From Octopus vulgaris (taxonomy: Eukaryota): DNA of 64,000 nt. The position numbers were made by a program, and so were the translations under genes. The notes below the pieces were generated by a model. The model was not told where the DNA came from. It did not search any database and saw nothing but the letters and a program-made list of their open reading frames with translations. The DNA lies in NCBI GenBank assembly GCA_951406725.2, contig OX597833.1:13392001-13456000 (forward strand), read 5' to 3'. Positions 59,236 through 64,000 of this stretch are shown piece by piece. Numbering within the stretch: the stretch's first letter is position 1; each line of letters starts with the position of its first letter.

Positions 59236-59707
59236 GTCCATGTAATTCTTCTTCTTGTTCTTGTTTCCCTTTTGTATCTGACAATTATTCATTCCAATTC
59301 AATATGTCCGCCATACAGTTTCCGGTAAAGTCAGTTTGGTTGCGGCAATCATGAAACCTATTTATACACACGCCACCAACTCAGCTGAATAATTAAGGAC
59401 TCCGTTACTATAATTAATACCATTAATAATGATCCTTTCTTCATCACTGGCAGTCGCCACCACCAATCGAACATACAAGAATACACACATACATACATAC
59501 ATACATACATACATACATACATACATACATACATACATACATACACACATACATACATACATACATACGTACATACATATATACTTATATATATATATAT
59601 ATACACACGTATATATATATTCATACATATATATATATTCATACATACATGCATACATATATATGTAGGTAGGTGTGTGCGTGCGTGTGTATGAGAGAGA
59701 AAGAGAA

Positions 59708-59738
<31 letters not shown>

Positions 59739-59886
59739 GAATGAGAGAGAGAGAGAGAAAGAGAGGGAGAGAAAGACAGAGAGAGAGAGTGTGTGCGTGT
59801 GTGTGTGTGTTTGTGTGTGAGAGAGAGTGTGTGTGTGTGTGTGTTTGTGTGAGAGAAAGAGAGTGTGTGTGTGAGAGAAAGAGAGA

Positions 59887-59957
<71 letters not shown>

Positions 59958-60314
59958 TTCCAGAAAGATCGATGAAGCCAGTAATTTCATTACCGATCAC
60001 AAAAACATGATTGGTTTGGATTATCCACTCCTCAAAGTCCAAAACCGTGAATTAATTAATGAAAGAAAAAAATAATGAATATATACTCGAATGCATATAT
60101 TTATTCATGAATACCTTACATACGTCCAACGTGCATGCTTTTATACATATTGTCGTACGTTTATGCATACATACATGCATATACATTTGCACTCATACGC
60201 ACACGCATATATACAAGCGTGTATGCATATATACATGCACGCACATTCATTCGCATACGTACATATATGTATATACACACATATATATTTGAGAAATCCG
60301 TCTTCTACTATGCA

Positions 60315-60391
<77 letters not shown>

Positions 60392-60395
<4 letters not shown>

Positions 60396-61013
60396 GAAAT
60401 AGAAAGATGAATAATCTTGTTGCAGATTAATCATAAGTTTAACCGATACCTTGGTAGCAAAAATCACAGCAGAAGACAGCACGGTTGGAGGTACAACCAT
60501 ATGGTGTTGCAACCGTGCGTTGGTGCGGATAATTGAATTTTAATATTATTAGTGAATTGAAGAAAAGGAGTTGAACGAAGATTGAACAGAAATCGTTTTA
60601 TTGCATTCTACACGTGTTTCGAAAGGCACAATTTACCAAATTCCGATTGAATAATGAGACCATATTGTGTCTTTCTCTTCAGGAAGAAATAGGAAATCCG
60701 TTGGAAAAAACAAAAACAGAACAGAGGCGGAGCAAAACAAATCGAACGAGGCTCCTAAGAGCCCATGGCCAAACTGTTTATCAATGTATGTTGAAAACGG
60801 GTGGTGGGTGCGTTGAAGATTGTAACGGGTCAGCAGCGGTCATTCCGGTGGGTGAGGGCACGGGGTGCGTAGATGTTCTTTGTGACCGAGACTAAAGTTC
60901 TGACTATTTAAAGAATATTAGGTGTATTGTGCCTTTCGAAACACGTGTAGAATGCAATAAAACGATTTCTGTTCAATCTTCGTTCAACTCCATTTCTTCA
61001 ATTCACTAATAAT
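60392..61013 (-). mobile_element. F5 HHR element, second copy, with inverted segment 60926-61013
   Basis: Reverse complement of 24826-25168. HHR on minus strand at 60606-60686. 60543-60631 is inverted at 60926-61013. TA-flanked. Confidence 0.85.
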
Positions 61014-61634
61014 ATATATATATATATATATAGTTATTCAACTATCCCTTTCGCATTCATATCATAAGCTTAGATCTTAATTATAAAAATAATTTAACCA
61101 TTATTCTATGCTAATTTAGTTAATTTTGTCAAGGTCCCTTTTAAGTTTGCATGATAGAAATTTAAATTTAATAAAATGATTTAAAATTTAAAGTGCTTAC
61201 GTGTTAACTGTAAACCTACTTTTGGGCCAGTATATATATATATACATATTGGCACTCCGTCGGTTACGATGACAAGGGTTCCAGTTGATCCTATCAACGG
61301 AACAGCCTGCTCATGAAACTGCTGGTATTGAGTTGTTAAAAAGGATTTGATTGCTCTTTCTAGCAGGTTGGGAGGTTGAGCATTCAGACCAATTATATAA
61401 CATGGCCGATAAAATACTTGATAAGATAGTCAACTGTCAGAGTTTTTAGATACATACATACATACATACATACATACACATACATGCATACACATACATA
61501 CATATACATACATACATATACATACATACACATACATACATATACATACATACATACATACATACATACACACACACACATACATACATACATACATACA
61601 TATACATACACACACATACATACATACATACATA

Positions 61635-61670
<36 letters not shown>

Positions 61671-62159
61671 CATACACACACACACATACATACATACATA
61701 CATACATACATACATACATACATACATACATACACACACACACATACATACATACATAAATATATATATATAGGGAGTGAAAAGAGAGAGAGAGAGAAAG
61801 AGAGAAGGATAAAGAAGGAGAAGAAAAGGGAGAAAAGAGAGGAGAGAGAGGGAGGAAGAGCGAGAGCGAGGGTGACACTAGTTACTCATCCACAAAAGTA
61901 GAATATAAAAGAAATAAAGGAACTGGAAAATGCACCTCCACCTACATATCCACCCATCCATGCATACATACATACAAACCTACATACATACATAGGGGAG
62001 ACCGGGTCTAGTTGTTACACGGGTAAGTTGTTACAAGCCCATTGTTTCCAACTTCAAGAAATAGGTGGCACTCGGGTCCCTACATGATGAAGGCCACCTC
62101 CACAGCATCATGACTGCACATGTGTATTGCACTGGGGGGCTGTCACCAGGAAAGGTATA

Positions 62160-62570
62160 CTCTTTTACTCTCTTTTACTTGTTTCAGTCATTTGACTGCG
62201 GCCATGCTGGAGCACCGCCTTTAGTCGAGCAAATCGACCCCGGGGACTTATTCTTTTTGTAAGCCCAGTACTTATTCTATCGGTCTCTTTTTGCCGAACC
62301 GCTAAGTGACGGGGACGTAAACACACCAGCATCGGTTGTCAAGCAAAGCTAGGGGGACAAACACAGACACACAAACACACACACACACATATATATATAT
62401 GCATATATACGACAGGCTTCTTTCAGTTTCCGTCTACCAAATCCACTCACAAGGCATTTGTCGGCCCGGGGCTATAGCAGAAGACACTTGCCCAAGATGC
62501 CACGCAGTGGGACTGAACCCGCAACCATGTGGTTGGTTAGCAAGCTACTTACCACACAGCCACTCCTGCG
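62160..62570 (-). mobile_element. SINE family A
   Basis: Consensus match, nested in the pogo-like element. Confidence 0.92.
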
Positions 62571-63224
62571 TATGGCATGGCTCAAAAAACGATTTTTTAC
62601 TCAAAAAGTGAAATTTTGCCACAAAGTTATTTCCTTAACTACGAAAGCACAAAAGGTGTTAATGAAGTAGTTTGTGGCTCATTAGGAAGTGTTGGAAATT
62701 GCCTCCGACACATGAAGGTGTGTCCAGGTTTCCATGCATTGCTAGTGCTGTGTACGAGGTAATCCCTAGAAATCCATGGTCGGGGCTAATTGTTACAGTG
62801 TATCAACTTACCCCAGGCATGTAACAACTTACCCCTTCTATTTCAGTTTAACACACCAAGCCTAAAAATTATAAAAGGAAGACTACAAGGTGGGGGTAAT
62901 ACCCCTCCTGATGTCATGGAAAGAGCCGCCAGAAAAGTTGTGAATGGAAAGAAATCATTACGGGATGTTGCCGTAAAGCAGCGCATAGGGGAGGAAATAA
63001 ACGAACGGAAGACCAAATCGCAGAAGGCAACTGGTACGGAAAAGGCAAAAGAGGGGAAAGGAAGGTCAACTAAAATAGGTAAAGGCAAAGGGAAACAGCC
63101 TCGCAGCAAGCAAGTCGCCGATTGGGAATGCCTTCTCAGCTCAGATTGGTATTCCAACTCCCTTCCGGGTGAAGAATGGGTGCAATGGATGATCTGTAAA
63201 GACTGGGCACACACTGACTGTACC

Positions 63225-63808
63225 TATTTCTTTACTACCCACAAGGGGCTAAACACAGAGGGGACAAACAAGGACAGACACACGGATTAAGTCGGTTATA
63301 TCGACCCCAGTGCGTATCTGGTACTTAATTTATCGACCCCGAAAGGATGAAAGGCAAAGTCGACATCGGCAGAATTTGAACTCAGAGGCACACGAAATAC
63401 CTATTTCTTTACTGCCCACAGGGGCTATACACAGAGGGGACAAACAAGGACAGACAAACGGATTAAGTCGATTATATCGACCCCAGTGCGTAACTGGTAC
63501 TTAATTTATCGACCCCGAAAGGATGAAAGGCAAAGTCGACCTCGGCGGAATTTGAACTCAGAACGTAGCGGCAGACGAAATACCTATTTCTTTACTACCC
63601 ACAAGGGGCTAAACACAGAGGGGGCAAACAAGGACAGACAAACGGATTAAGTCGATTATATCGACCCCAGTGCGTATCTGGTACTTAATTTATCGACCCC
63701 GAAAGGATGAAAGGCAAAGTCGACCTCGGCGGAATTTGAACTCAGAACCTGACGGCAGACGAAATACAGCTACGCGTTTCGCCCGGCATGCTAACGGTTC
63801 TGCCAGCT
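63225..63808 (-). mobile_element. SINE family B trimer with perfect 13-bp TSD
   Basis: CACTGACTGTACC at 63212-63224 and 63809-63821. Three bodies and one head. Confidence 0.92.
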
Positions 63809-64000
63809 CACTGACTGTACCGATGGACGAGAGGACTTTTCTATGTGATCTGTGTGGTTGAGAAGTTAATGGAGGACGATTCCGACAAGATGGCACATAT
63901 AACAATGGGAAAATTGGCTGATGAGGACTCTCAGTATCACAGTTAATTAATTAAAATAATACTTCCTAGAAGCAAGAAGCAGGAGACGTATTCATTTTAA

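Larger units (their letters stand above)
61995..64000 (+). mobile_element. Internally deleted pogo-like transposon (HTH fragment fused to PHD finger)
   Basis: TA|GGGGAGACCGGGTCTAGTTGTTACA terminus, with (G)TTGTTACA repeats again near 62780-62835. ORF has MERAARKVVNGKKSLRDVA (psq-like HTH) and WEC..YSNS.PGEEWVQ..C..WAH..C/FLCDLC (PHD) split by a SINE. Confidence 0.65.

Overview
This is repeat-saturated, AT-rich eukaryotic DNA with no recognisable host-gene exon. The SINE families and the extreme microsatellite load point to a cephalopod, probably Octopus; that is inference from recalled family features, not a search result. Almost all ORFs in the supplied track are microsatellite artefacts. 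The real content is: (1) several tRNA-derived SINE families, one forming TSD-flanked head-to-tail multimers; (2) fossil transposons (Helitron, Tigger/pogo, R4/Dong-like, HERO-like and CR1-like LINE 3' ends); (3) large simple-repeat tracts. The most notable signal is about 20 minimal type I hammerhead ribozyme (HHR) motifs, intact or decayed. They sit in roughly 10 different short non-coding elements embedded mostly in (TA)n or (ATT)n, many with Penelope-like inverted-repeat (fold-back) architecture. Across these elements the catalytic-core 3-8 tertiary pair occurs as C-G, U-A, G-C and A-U, so many copies would be missed by a canonical CUGANGA search. All structures were folded by eye and coordinates are approximate to a few bases.
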